DNA of 64,000 nucleotides from Geosiphon pyriformis uo1 (taxonomy: Eukaryota > Fungi > Glomeromycota): contig JAAOMT010000620.1 of assembly GCA_016748015.1 (NCBI GenBank), forward strand, positions 36,940 through 100,939, given 5' to 3'. A program made the translations under genes and the position numbers. Under the pieces are notes generated by a model. It did no database searches. It was not told the DNA's origin and was given only the letters and a program-made list of their open reading frames with translations. Shown here piece after piece: positions 1 to 13,065 of the stretch; the first letter of the stretch is position 1; every line of letters starts with the position of its first letter.

Positions 1-250
1 TGGAGTTGTTTTCTAATAAATTCGAAATGTCTAATTTTACTTCCTTCTTATTTTATTTCAAAATCGAAAAGCTTTTTTAATCGAAATTAAAATTCCTGAT
101 ATTCAAAAAAAAGCAATCAAACTATATTTTAAATATTATATTTTTTTTGTTTCCTCAAGATTTTCAGTTCGCATTTTAAAAAATTAAATATTTTCATCCA
201 ATTTAAATGATAAAAGTTCTCAAAACCTGGAGATTGTTTAATTAAAACAA
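1..250. repeat. Dispersed ~250-bp repeat, copy 1 (related to 38779-39006)
   Basis: Colinear matches by eye: tggagttgttttctaataaattcgaaat / tggagtttttttctaataaactcgaaat; aaattaaaattcctgatattcaaaaaa / aaattaaaattcctaatattcaaaaaa; gttctcaaaacctgga / gttctcaaaacttgaa; both end in ttaattaaaacaat. Confidence 0.75.
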
Positions 251-289
251 TCAGTTTTATCATTTATTGCAAATTGCACTCAAAAAAAA

Positions 290-3200
290 GAAAACCTTTA
301 TTTTAATGACCAAGTTAAAATTATAAATACAATAACTGTTAGAATAATTTGTAACTTTGAATAAAATTGAAATACACTTAAGAGTTAGAGCAATAGTTTA
401 TATTTTAGCCAAAATTAAAGACAACAATTCATTAATTTCTATATCTGTATACAAACTCAGATCAGAAAAGTAGGTAGTTATATTATTTATAACACCAAAA
501 AGCCAAAGTTTTTAACTAAACTATCAGTGTAAATTGAGATTTCAAGCAAAGATACATTTCTTAAATTAGAATAAACAATACCAAAGTTATATGTATTAAT
601 CACACTTATCTTGAAAAAGTGTTCAAAAACAGATAAAAGATCTTAAACTAAATCAAATCTGTATAAACCAAGAAGAAATTAAACTTTAAAATCCAATTAT
701 TTTTATTGACAAAAATTTTTCAAACAAAATATTCTCTATAACTATTCAAAAATTGGCTAGTAAAAATAATGTCAAGGCATTTTAAAAATTTATAAATTCG
801 AAAATAATCTATCTAATTCAGAATATTCAAAATAGAAATGTTATGTTTAAGATAAAAAGCATGAAGTAAATTAATAAATAAAAATATATTATTGTGCAAA
901 AAAATCTTAGTAATATTAGCCAAAAAATTGTTTATAGAATTGATTTTTAACTTGATAGAAAACCGAAAAAATTTTTGAGAAATTCAATTTATGATCTGCA
1001 AATTTAATAATTTGTATTTAAAAAGCCAGCCAAAAATATTTTTAATTATTAATGCTATTTTTTTTTTGTTTAAACTTGATTAAAAGACTTTAAATTATAT
1101 AAAAATAAATAATATTTAGCTTTATTAAAAAAGTCTTTAGAGAAACTGGCTTTAGACTTTAATATCTTTTTAGTTAAACAATCTTACTTATTACACATAC
1201 TTTTACTAATAAAACTAAACTGTATTTTGTATTCAAAAATAGACTGTAAAACAGCTAAAACCAAATAAAAAAATTGTTTGTCTAATATAGCTTTGTGTAA
1301 AATCATGAATAAAAAATACTTTATATCTAAATTTGCTTTTTTCAAATTTAAGCCAAAAAAACTTTTAGTTAATAAAAAAATACTTAAATACTAATAAGCT
1401 TTGCCAGTTTTTGCAATTGAAATAAAAGACTTACTTATACTTAAAAAAACATTATTGGTTCTTAAATTGATTAAAATAAACACTGTTTTGTTTATATTTA
1501 TTGAAATATTCATAATATCAAAGAATTTACTAGCAATATTTAAGATATTTTGTATTGTTGTTTTACAACTACCAATTTAAATTGTATTATTTATAAAAGC
1601 ACCAGTTACCAAATAAAAAATTAAACTAGCATTAAATTTAATTTTGCTAGTTCTAGTAACAAATCTAAATTTTATTTAATATCTAACAAAAATTCATTTT
1701 TTTTTATTTTGCATGAGAAAAAATTGTAAAAAATTCTCTGAAAAAGAGACAAAAAAACTTTATTCTAATCAAGTTTATCATAAATTTTATAATTCTTAAA
1801 CAAACTAAAATTTGTTATAACTTTATTTATATAATTATTGTGAATATGACCAAAAAATTTCATAAATTTGTTACATATTTTTATTTAATTGAAACTGTTT
1901 TTCAGATGTAATTAACTTATTGAATTATAAGCTTTGCTCATGTTTTAAAGCACCAACCAGATTTTTCTACTTTTTTTCAAAGTATTTTTAATAACAAATC
2001 TAATAGCAAAAATAAAAAACTGAATTGAAATGCTCTTTAAAACTAAAAAATTGTTTTTATATAAAATTTTGTATTTGTTATAAATTTTAAAAATACAATT
2101 AAACAAAATTTTTGAAAAAATTTTTCTTGTAATTTTAATAAAAACAATAAGTCTGTTATTTATTAAAATGTTTTTTTATTTATATGATTTTGGAATCATA
2201 AATATCCAGATTTTTTTAAAATATCAAAAATTAATTTAAATACTAAACACAAATTAAGTAAATATAATAAACAATTCAAAACAAATTTGTAACTATGTTT
2301 TTACATTTTATTAGAAACACCAGACAATTTAGTAACTTTACTATTAAAAAATTTTTTGATTATTAATAAAAACTTATTAAAACTAATTTACAATATTATA
2401 CTAAAAAATATATTATTATCAATATACTTAAAAAGTGCAAATTATTTCTGCTAATAAAAAAAATAGTAGCTTTAACTATATATTTTTTGGTTTAATTTTT
2501 TATAATTAAATCAATTTTATACTTGACCAAATTGGATTTTAAACTAGTCTATTATTATCAACTAAATAATTTAATATAATTTTTTTGAAAATTTTTTTTA
2601 ATACATTTCTTATTATTTAATTTTTATTATTAGCAAAAGCTTTTATGTATTAAGTAATAACAATTTTAATATAAAAATTCTTAGTAGTTTTAGATTTTAA
2701 TATCTTATAAGACTTATAAATTTTTTTAGAACAAGTCAATAATTATTTAATTAAAACTTTACCATAATTATTATTCAAAATTTTTTTGAATTTTACTGTT
2801 TAATTAGAATCTAAAAAAATTCACTTGTTGACTAAAACTTAAAGTTTTTTTAAATTTTTCAACCAGTATAGTTTTAAGATTCTTAATACCAGTAATTCTA
2901 GTCTGTAAAACTTAGAAAATACAGCACTTTTGGCCACTTTATTATTTTAATACTATGTTTTTAAAAAAGCAGTATTAACTATAAAGCACACTATTCTACT
3001 AAGCAGCTGCTATATTCTATTAAAGTTAGCTTTTTTTTTGTAATTATCAAAGTTTTTAGCAATAGTCAAAGCAACAGCCAACAACAAATTTTTAAACTTC
3101 TTCTAAATTTTGTTATTAATCTTACAGATTTTGTATTTCTATCTATTTTTAGTGAGTTGTTTATGTATTAAATTAAATTAAGAACTAAAAAATTTTTCTA

Positions 3201-5900
3201 AACTAATGTTTATTAATATAATATAATAATTAATATTAAAAATTTATTTGAATAGTAAACTTGTTAATTAAAAAACAAACTTTAAATACTATTATTAATT
3301 AAAACAAAGTTTATGTACTTTTTAATTTTTTTAAAATAAACTATATAAAAAGCCTATACAATGAAAAACTATTAAGAAAATCAAATAAATTTATATTTAA
3401 AAATTTTCTAAAACTTATATTGTAACCAGAATTATTTTTATTAAAATTACTACTAAAAACTATATATATACTACTATTTAAAGCTTTAACTATTATAGAA
3501 TTAATATTGCTAATCTTGTAGAGTATATTAGTCAGCTAGCTAAAAAGTTAAATATATTTATGTCAATAGTTTTTTAGTTTAACTCTGAATGTTAGTTGTT
3601 AATAATTTCTTTATTACAAAATTAAAGAATGAATATAGTGATGAATAAAAGTTCAAATATAGTTATTAACAATAAAACTATTATTAAAGCAGTGTTTTTA
3701 AATTTATTAAGTTTTTTGAAATTGAAAAATAATATAAAAAAATTGTTGGATATAATTTTAAGACTTTTGGCCAAAGTAAACAATTTTGATTTGGTTTTAG
3801 GCTTTTGCTTTTTTCAATAACCAGTTTTATTTGAAAAATTACTATATATAATATTAAAAAGATGAACAATTCTATTGAATAAAAGAATATTATTTGCTAA
3901 CATAAAAATAAGAGCAATTTTATATCTATTATTATAAAAACAAAACTTAAATATAAGATTTGTCCTTAAATTATAAGTAAATTTAAAGAGATTAAAGTTT
4001 TTACTTTAAAAGTCAACTTTAATTATTTAAGTTTTGGTGTTGTAGTAATAATTAACAATAATATTGCTAAATATATATGCAAAATATTAAAGATTATTGG
4101 TTGATTTTTGTCAATATATTTGTTATTTAAGAATTGTTTTTTGATTTTTATTTTGGGTTTATATATTAGTGCTACTTTAAAAAAAATTAATTCAGTTTTA
4201 TAAAACTGTGTTCAAAAATAGTAAACTTATTATTTATTTTTAATATAATTAGTAAAAAAGACTTTATTCTATAGAAAAACCAATTTTTGAAGACTTATTA
4301 TACAGAAAAAAAGAGAGAAATAAGAAACTACCAACAACTTTTGCTTAGAAAACTCTACTAAAAGATATTAGATAAACAATAGAAGCTAAATATTTAGTGT
4401 AAATAATAGCAAGCCTGTTTTTATTTGTTTTTTAAAAGAATTTTATAAGAAAATTTACCTAAAAAGACTTTTTTATCATTAGCATAATTAATTAATATAT
4501 GATCTAATTTTTTATACTTAGCATATTTGGTTATATTCAAATAAAACCAGTACAAATTACACTACTTAGAACTGGTATGATATTTATGATAGCATTTAAT
4601 GAATTAGCAAAATTAAAACAAACTATTATATACTTGGCTTAAATATATATAACAGAATAATAATTAATTACACATGTTTTCTTATCCATAAATTTAATAA
4701 AGTCTTAAATATTATGTGTATTTGTTTTTATTAACAATATATAAAGCAGTATTCTATTATAATTCTTTGTAGTTTATGTTTTTTTGTTCATATTAGTTTT
4801 AATAATTCTTATAAAATCTTTTCTAATTAGGATAGATTATTTTGTTATAGTCAAATTAACATAATTAGATTGCTTAAATTCAATTATAGTCTTCTATTAT
4901 ATTCTTATCAATTATATTTTAATTGACACAATTATTCTAAATTTAGATTGCATAGTTTTAACTAATATTCTAATTAATATTTTCTTAATTATTATAGTTT
5001 AATTTAAATACTTAGCAAATTTTCTGAGATTGGTATTTATTAAGATGTTTATAGTTCTTGTCTTTTTTATTGCTTATGCTAAGTTTAATTTAGAAGTAAA
5101 TAATATATAAATAATTTTAGCAAATTTTAAGAAAATAGAAATTTTTTCAAAATCATTGATTTAAAAAACAAATTTCTAATTATTTTTAACTTTTTTTAAG
5201 AAGACTTTCTTATTATAGCATCTAAACTAATATTTAAAATAAAAATTTCTCTAACAGACACATTAATTAGATTTTTAAAAAAAAACAAAATTACAGAAAT
5301 ATTCAAAAAAATATTATTTTTATTTTTACTTATAAACTTGATTTTTTTTAAAAATGTGTTTAATGCTTTTTTGATTACTAATTTAAGTTTTTTAGATGTC
5401 AGATTTAGGTTGTTTTTATTTAAAATATTTTTTTGTTGTAATTTATACTGGTTTTTTTCATTAAAAATTCTTTTTTTATATTAATACTATTAAATTTAAT
5501 AGTATTATTGGTCTTAAAATCCTAAAAACAATCAATTATTTTCTTGGCAAACAACTTTTTATTAATAATATTAATTTCTAAAACATTATATTTTTTCTTT
5601 TTTCTAGAAAAAACATTCTTGTTAACAATATTAAAACCAGAGTTTTTGGCAAATTTTTTTATAATAGCAATATTAAAACCAATAATAGTCTTGTAATTAA
5701 ATAGTATATAATAACAACTAAAAACTTTTTTATTAAAATTAAAACTTTTTGATAATTATTGAAATAAATAAAAGAAAAAATTAATAAATTTAAATAAAAA
5801 AATATATTATAAACAGTATAAATATTAATTAAATACTTATTTAAAAACAAATTAAACAAAAAAACAAAAAATTAAATTCAATAAAATTTAAATTATTTTT
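290..5900 (-). mobile_element. Heavily AT-degraded LINE of the same family as 52044-58806, 3'-truncated within RNase H, with an internal inversion at 3510-4200
   Basis: Minus-strand translations line up in order with the intact copy: SRKKRK (~5600), NVSVREIFILNI (~5250), RILLYIL (~4740), SKFYRLELLVLRI (~2900), WIFMIPKSYK (~2195), WLVL*NMSKAYNS (~1945), GAFINNTI*IG (FVDD motif, ~1585), SIYTDSL (RNase H, ~525). Boundaries are approximate. Confidence 0.85.
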
Positions 5901-6769
5901 GTTGTGTTTTAAACAATATTTTTTTGATTATGTATTAAATATAAATAATTATTTATATAATAAAAAAAATTTTTGACTATTTTATAAAAAAAACTACTTT
6001 TTTATTATAAATTTAAGTAAATAAATAACAAAAAAAATTATTAAAAATAATTAAAATAATAATAAAATAATATTGTTATTATTATTTTTTTACTGATTAT
6101 TAAAAATAAATACCAAAATTTTTTTAAATTAAAAGTATTATTATTATTATTTTGTTGTTTAAAAATTCACAAAACTATAATATATATTTTTTATAATAAA
6201 AATAATAAATTAATAATTTTGTAAAAAATATAAAATATTAATATAAAAGTTATTAAACTTAAATATATAGATATGCTTAAAATAAAAAATTAAATAAGCA
6301 TTTAAATAAAAACTTGTTAAATACTTAAATAAAATAAAAACAAATAGTTTTTTTAATTTATATTGCTTAATATAAGTTTAAATTATTAGTTATATATAAA
6401 AAATATGTAAGTAATATTTTTGTTACATATTTTAAGTTTTAATTAAATTATATTTAATTAAAAATAACATTATTAAATTTGTTTTATTTTTAAATTAAAT
6501 ATATAAACTTATTTAACAAGTTTAAAATTAATATAAAGTTACATAGATATATGCAAAAAAATATATTTAATACTGGTTTAATTTTTTCTAATTTTAAAAC
6601 TTACAGTTATTTTTTTTTTAAAATAATAAAACGAATTTTATTCAATATTAAAATATAATAATCTTAATTTAACAAAACAAAAATAATTTAATGAATATTG
6701 CATAATACAATAATTATTAAAAAAACAAATATATTATAGAGTAAAAACTCTTGTAATTTAACAAAGATG

Positions 6770-8819
6770 GATTTGTTACCTAAATAGTAAATTTATACTG
6801 ATAAATCAAAGATCTGAAACATCATTGACATGAACTAAACATATATTAGGCCATATCTTCCCAAACTATAACAAACACAAAACATCATGTCTGAAAATAT
6901 TAAATGTGAATTAAAATACGTTAAAACCCATATGGGAGATGTATAGAAAAGCTATATAGATTAGAAAAGTTGAAGAAGAATCTGAGAGAAAAGGAGAATA
7001 TAGACGAAAAGCAAAAAAAAAAGTGGATAGAAGAAAAGGAAGAGTTGCAAGAAGAAGTGAAAGAGCTAAAAAAGAGTAAAGATAGATAGAAGTTACAGAT
7101 TGAAAAATTACAAGATCACTTTATAAAAACTAATAAGACAAGTAACAACTTCGTAACTTGAGATATAGATTAGAGCTTAACAAATTTGTAAATCAGTTTT
7201 CCATCCATAACTATTCATTTATTTTGTAATTACATGCGTTTTATGGAAGGAATGTCCATTTTTAAGAGAATATTTGGTGTATAATGCCTATTTTTTTCTA
7301 TTTTCTATGATTATTCTAAAACACTTTGTGAAGTGTGTTAGACTTGACATCCCTGACAACACCTTATCATTTTTACAACTTTTCTGTTCTTCCTTCAATA
7401 AACCAATCACATGCAGCAATCTTGAACACTGTTTTACCTCAGTGTTACTTCAAAAATTGCCAGCTATATCCCATCTTTGCCGGAACTATGGGAATTATCT
7501 TGTATCTATAGATTCAGATCCTCTCTACAATGTTCCTAGATTGTTAGCAATTGTTACTATTATTTTCAGTAAGTCCTTTACCGAAAGTTCTTGACAAGAA
7601 CAACGAACTGCAGATGGTATCAATAATCACATTTTGGACATGATTACACTGTTAAAACAATGTTTCACAACTCCATCACTAAACTGGAAATGTAATGAAA
7701 AAATAAATGATACAAGTACTATTACAGATAAAAGCATTTAGCCAGATATCACAGTTTATTGCAACGACTTGCTTGTAATAATTAGTGAAGAAAAAGATAT
7801 TAAGAAAAACATATTAAATGCAGCAGAACAACTGAATGGTTATTTTAAATTTTGGAATCCACTTGCCTTTGGTAACTTACCATTTGTTCTAGCCCTTGTA
7901 GTGAAAGGTACACATTTGCAATTTTACTATTACTATGTGGATAATACAACGGGCTTGACACTAAGACATGAGACAATTGGCAAATCTCTAATCCTTGATG
8001 GTCTAAACCAAGTATACAATTATCAAGTGCTTCAATACACAATCAATTTTTTTTGGATTCTTCGAACCTTGTGTCAAAATCAGTATATCACAGCTCCAAT
8101 ATTGAGGTTATACAATAATATCCAATGGTCACATTGTGTTGTTACAATATTCCCCCACAAGAATGTAAAAAAATAGATAGATCAAATATTGTTGATTTAG
8201 ATTTCCATAAAGAATTTTACCAAAATATACTTCCAGACTTAAGGCCAATCAGAGTTCTTGACTATTACCTTACAAATCACTCAGTAGTAGTATATTTGGC
8301 TCTAGTTGGCTTTAAGACATTTCTTGAATGTGAACCCGAGCTGCGAGATGCTATACGGCATGTACTTGTAATGCTAGAAAAACTTCATAAGATGAACGTT
8401 ATTCATTAGAATATTTGCTGGGATAATGTTTTAAAACTCTTGGATGATAGTTGGATGTTAATTGATTTTGAAGAAGCTGCTCCCTTAGGAGCTTCAAGAT
8501 ACAATGATAAAAAAATTTCGACTTATGGTTAGACATGTTTGCTAATTGTTGCTATTTACTTTACAAAGAGATTCATTGGCTATTGGAGCTCCAGAATATG
8601 GGGGAAAACTTTTGTAGTACTGCAGGCAATATATAGATGGTTGGAAATCTTTTCAAACATACCAGAATTTACAACCATATTTTACTTTCTTCATCTGCTC
8701 AACAGTTTAGGGAAAAATTGATGAACAAAAATTCTAATAGTCGACTGACTGCAAATGATGCTCTAAAAGATGAATGGTTTAATTTGCCAGAGGAGCAATT
8801 ATCTATAATACAAGCTTAG
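6770..8819 (+). pseudogene. Crinkler-like protein: coiled-coil N-terminus, PD-(D/E)xK REase-like region and protein kinase domain; disrupted
   Basis: EK-rich coiled coil at 6960-7140, then an apparent intron (GT at ~7142). PDITVYCNDLLVIISEEK resembles a PD..ExK motif. Kinase motifs LEKLHKMNVIH*NICWDN, LIDFEEA, GAPEY, NI*MVGNL and RLTANDALKDEWF. Several in-frame stops and frameshifts. Confidence 0.75.
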
Positions 8820-9399
8820 ATTTTTAAACACATATTAAATGTACTGATGTACAATTATATTATACAAGTTTTATTATTTGTCTTAATTTTTAAATTTGTC
8901 TTTGTTTTTTTATATTTTCAGAATTAAAAAAGTATTTTATTTTTTTAGCTGTTAATAACTGTATTTTTTATTTTAGATTTTTTAAATAATACATTATTTT
9001 TTGTATAAAAAATATGTGATGCTTATTTTAATTTGTAATAATTTTAAGTTTAAAATATTAATATTAACAATTTTATAAAAAAACCAAATTTGATTATGTT
9101 TTGTTTGTATGTAACCAGTTATCTAAATTAGTTAAAACAATATTATATTTTAAATAAAATATATTCTGGCTAATTTATTATATATATTACTAATTAAAAA
9201 TGGAAAAAAAAATTTATATTATTAATTAAACTTAAATAATTAAAAAATTGCAATTTTCTTTTTTAATTTAATATTATTAAACTTGTTATTTTTGGTATAA
9301 TTAAATTTATTTTTTAAATTATATTAACTTTAAAAACTTTTTTTTGTATATAATATTATTTAAATAAAAAAATAACAAAATAACAAAATTAATTAATTT

Positions 9400-12300
9400 T
9401 TTATTTTTATGTTTAATAAATACAGTTCAACCATTACTTAATATACAAAAACAAACTAAGTAAATCTAACTAAATATGATTCACATGTTTACTATATGTG
9501 ATCAGTTACTTGAACCAATTATAACTTTTATTATAAAGTTTTGTTCTAATTTTAACTAATAGTCTTTTATAGATTGCTTTTATTAAATATATGCCAAAAA
9601 CAGCTGCAGTTTTGTTAGTAAACTTTGAAAATATGTAAAAGTTTAAATATCAAACTACAGTCATACTAGTTTAGTTTATAGTTTAATAGATATTATTAAC
9701 AAAGTAATAAGTATTTTTTAATATAACTTAACTATTAATTACAATAAACTTCTTGTAAATTTCAGCAAAAAAAATAAGACAAAACTGTATTATATACAAA
9801 AACATTAGCTTTATTATTATTTATATCTTTTAAATAACTTTTAATTTTTACTTATTTAATAAAAATATTTTTTAATTTAACTAAATTAGCCATATAATAT
9901 TTTTTTATTTAATACTTGTTCCAAAAATTAAACAAATAAAATCTAAACTCTAAAACACATATATTTATAATAGCTTAACTATTTATATACAAAATTATTA
10001 AGCAGAAAAAAAAATATTTTATTACTAAGACAATTATTTGTAATTTCAATATTATTAAAAATAACAATTCATGTACTTTTATATCTATATCTATTTTACT
10101 ATTAGAAAAATAAGTTATTACTTTACTAACCACCTTTACAATACTTAAATACTTTAAAAAATTATTAGTATAAACATTAAAAATATCTGTTTATAATCTA
10201 TATAAATATTTTCAAATATCCAAAAAAAATTTTAAACACAAAAAATTTAACCAACCAAAAATAAGAGCAATCTTATTAAGTTTAGTAAAAAATTATTTAT
10301 AAAAACTGAAGTTTTTTTAAATTACAATAGTACTAAGTCTTTAAGACTTAATTTTTTTTAATATAAAAAGTCTTTTAATTTATAACTAATTTGTATTTAT
10401 CTAATAACTTGTCTCTAAAAATAATATTAAAATGTTTTAAAGAGTAAATTATCTTAAAATAATAAAAATATTCTAAAATTCTAGACATTAAAAAGTAGTA
10501 AAAACCACAAAATATGCTGGGCAAGTTGTTGATAAAAGAAATCTGATTATTCAAAAAATTTTCATAATGTTCATTAAATAATTATTTATAAGACTAACTT
10601 TTAGCTTAACTAAATACTATAATAAGTTTATAAGTATTTATTCTAAAACTTACAAATTCAAAAAATAGTGTTTAAATAATTGGACAAAGATTTTAATTGT
10701 ATTAGAGAATTAAATTACTAAAGCTATTTTGCTTTTTGTTTGTATCTGTTTAAAAAACTTTAATTTATATAAAAATAAATAGTATAAAGTTTGATTAGAA
10801 AAATTTCTAAGCAAATTGGTTTTAAATTTAAACTTTTTTTTAATCATAATATTTTATTTTTAACATATACTTTTAAATATATAATTAAATTGTATTATAT
10901 AATTTACTATAAGTTAAAAAATTGCTAAGACCAAATAAAAAACTGTTTATTTAACAATACTTTTTTAAAAATTAAATTCAAAAAAAAACTTAATATTTAA
11001 ATATGCCTTAACAAAACTTAACTTAGACATATTTTCTGTTGACAAAAAAATTCCAAGTACCTATAAGATTTTCTATACTTAACAATAAAAATTGGTTAAT
11101 TATTAATGTACAAAAAATATTTACAATTTTTTAATTAATGAAAATTACTATTGTCTTATTATTATTAATAGAAATATTATTAATCCTAAAAAACTTATTA
11201 ATAATATCCAAAATATGCTGTCTTAAAGCTTATCTAAATTGTATTATCAATAAAAACACTAATTGCAAAAAAAGAAAATTTTTCTATTGATCTTTACTTT
11301 ATTTATTTTTGCTACAAAATTAGTGTTAATTTTATATTTACATAAATGTTTATATCTTTTTATTTTACATAATAATAGGTCATAAAAAATCTTTTAAAAA
11401 AACAGAGAAAATATTTTACTTTAGTTAAACCTATCTTATACTTTGTAATTATCTAAAAGACCTAAATTAGTCATTAATTTGTTGATTTTATTTATATATA
11501 TATATTTTTAAAAAACTTAATAAACTTATTGTATATCTTAATATACTTTAAACTAGCTTCTAAATAATATTAATTAACTAAATTATATGTTTTGCACATA
11601 TTTTGCAGAACTAATAAAAACTTTTGGCTTTTTTTCAAAATATTTTCTACTATTAAACCAATAGCAAACCCAAGAGATTGGATTAAAATATCTTTCAAAA
11701 CCAAGAAATTGGTATTTTAAAAAACATTATATTTATTATGACAAAAAAATACAATTCAAAAAAATTTTGTTAAAAATTTTTTTAGTCATCTTAATAAATA
11801 CAATAGATTATATATTTATAAAAATACTATTCTAATAATAAAGCTTGAAAATTATTAAAACTTATACTCTTTTTTAAAAAACTAAAACATTGTCAAAAAT
11901 TAAACAAAACTTTAATAGATTTAAAAAACATCTTATTATCATGTTATTATAATGTTTTTAAAGTTTATTTAATATTTTAAACAAACTGACAACTTTGTTA
12001 TCAAACAGACTATTTATAACTAAAACTAATTTATTTATTCAGATCTTATTTATTATACCAAAAAATATTTTTTTTTTTAGTATATACTAGTAAAATCACA
12101 AATTAGACAGCACTATAAGTACTTTTTACTTTTTTATCTAGCTTATTATAATTTTATTAACTTTAAGTTTTATTTTATTTGGTTTTAGAACCAATTTTTT
12201 CTTAACTACCAAATAGTTTAAAATTATTTTTTAAAAGATTATTTTAAAATACTTTTTATTATGTTCTCTTTATTAAAACTAAAACTTTTTATTTGTTTCT

Positions 12301-12560
12301 TAATTATTTTTTAACAGCTATATTTTTGGTTATTTTTAATTCATAATATTTAGATTTCTTATATTTATTCTTGATTATTGACAAGTAGCTAATAGTATTT
12401 ATTAATTTTGCACTATTTCAAAACATATTTCTAACTTTGAAAGATTTTTTATCATTAATAGTAGACTATTTTTTAATAAAATAATTACATTTAAGTCTGC
12501 TGTTTAAGCTTAATTTTTTTATAATCTTAGCAATTAGCAATTTTAACCTAATATAATTAA
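9400..12560 (-). mobile_element. Degraded, 5'-truncated LINE (part of ORF2: RT and RNase H, plus 3' UTR) with ~600 bp deleted after RNase H
   Basis: Minus-strand remnants RLKLLIAKII (~12530), LVLQNMCKTYN (~11605), FFAISVFIDNTI (~11255), QHILDIINKFFRINNISINNNKTIVI (~11180) and RNase H-like *VKIKSY (~9845). The 3' UTR at 9470-9520 matches 52100-52155. Confidence 0.8.
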
Positions 12561-13065
12561 TTTATATTTCATGAAATTGCTTCATTAAAATAAAGATTTT
12601 TTCATGATAAAATTCATTAAACAGTTTCTAAACAATATTTAATTAAATTGGTGTATTAATACACCAAAATTTAAGATAAAATTTATATCAATAGGAGCCA
12701 AAAAAATTACTTTAAGCTTGTTATTAAAGCCTATCAATAATAAAATAGAGTGATATATCTTTTTTTAATATTAAGAATTTTTTTTGGAAGCTGTATTTCG
12801 ATTGTTACATGAAAAAATCTTATTTAAATTAAAATAACAATAAAACAATAACATTTGAATTTTCAGATGATTTTTACCCATTTAATCAATCTGGCTAAGA
12901 GGTTGTGTGTTTTCAAAACTTTCTAATGTTTCTAATTTCTTCAAGGCTTAGTCTTTTTAGAAATGTAATTAGGGATTAAAATCTTTATTTATTAGTAAAA
13001 CAAACTCTTTTTTTACCCATACAAAATATTCAAGACTTAATAATCTACTTGTTTTAGTTAAAATT

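Noticed and set aside
3629-5859. Short ORFs 3629-3820, 3684-3869 and 5659-5859 as genes
   Set aside because: They lie within the degraded LINE; 3629-3820 is the inverted ORF1 C-terminus.
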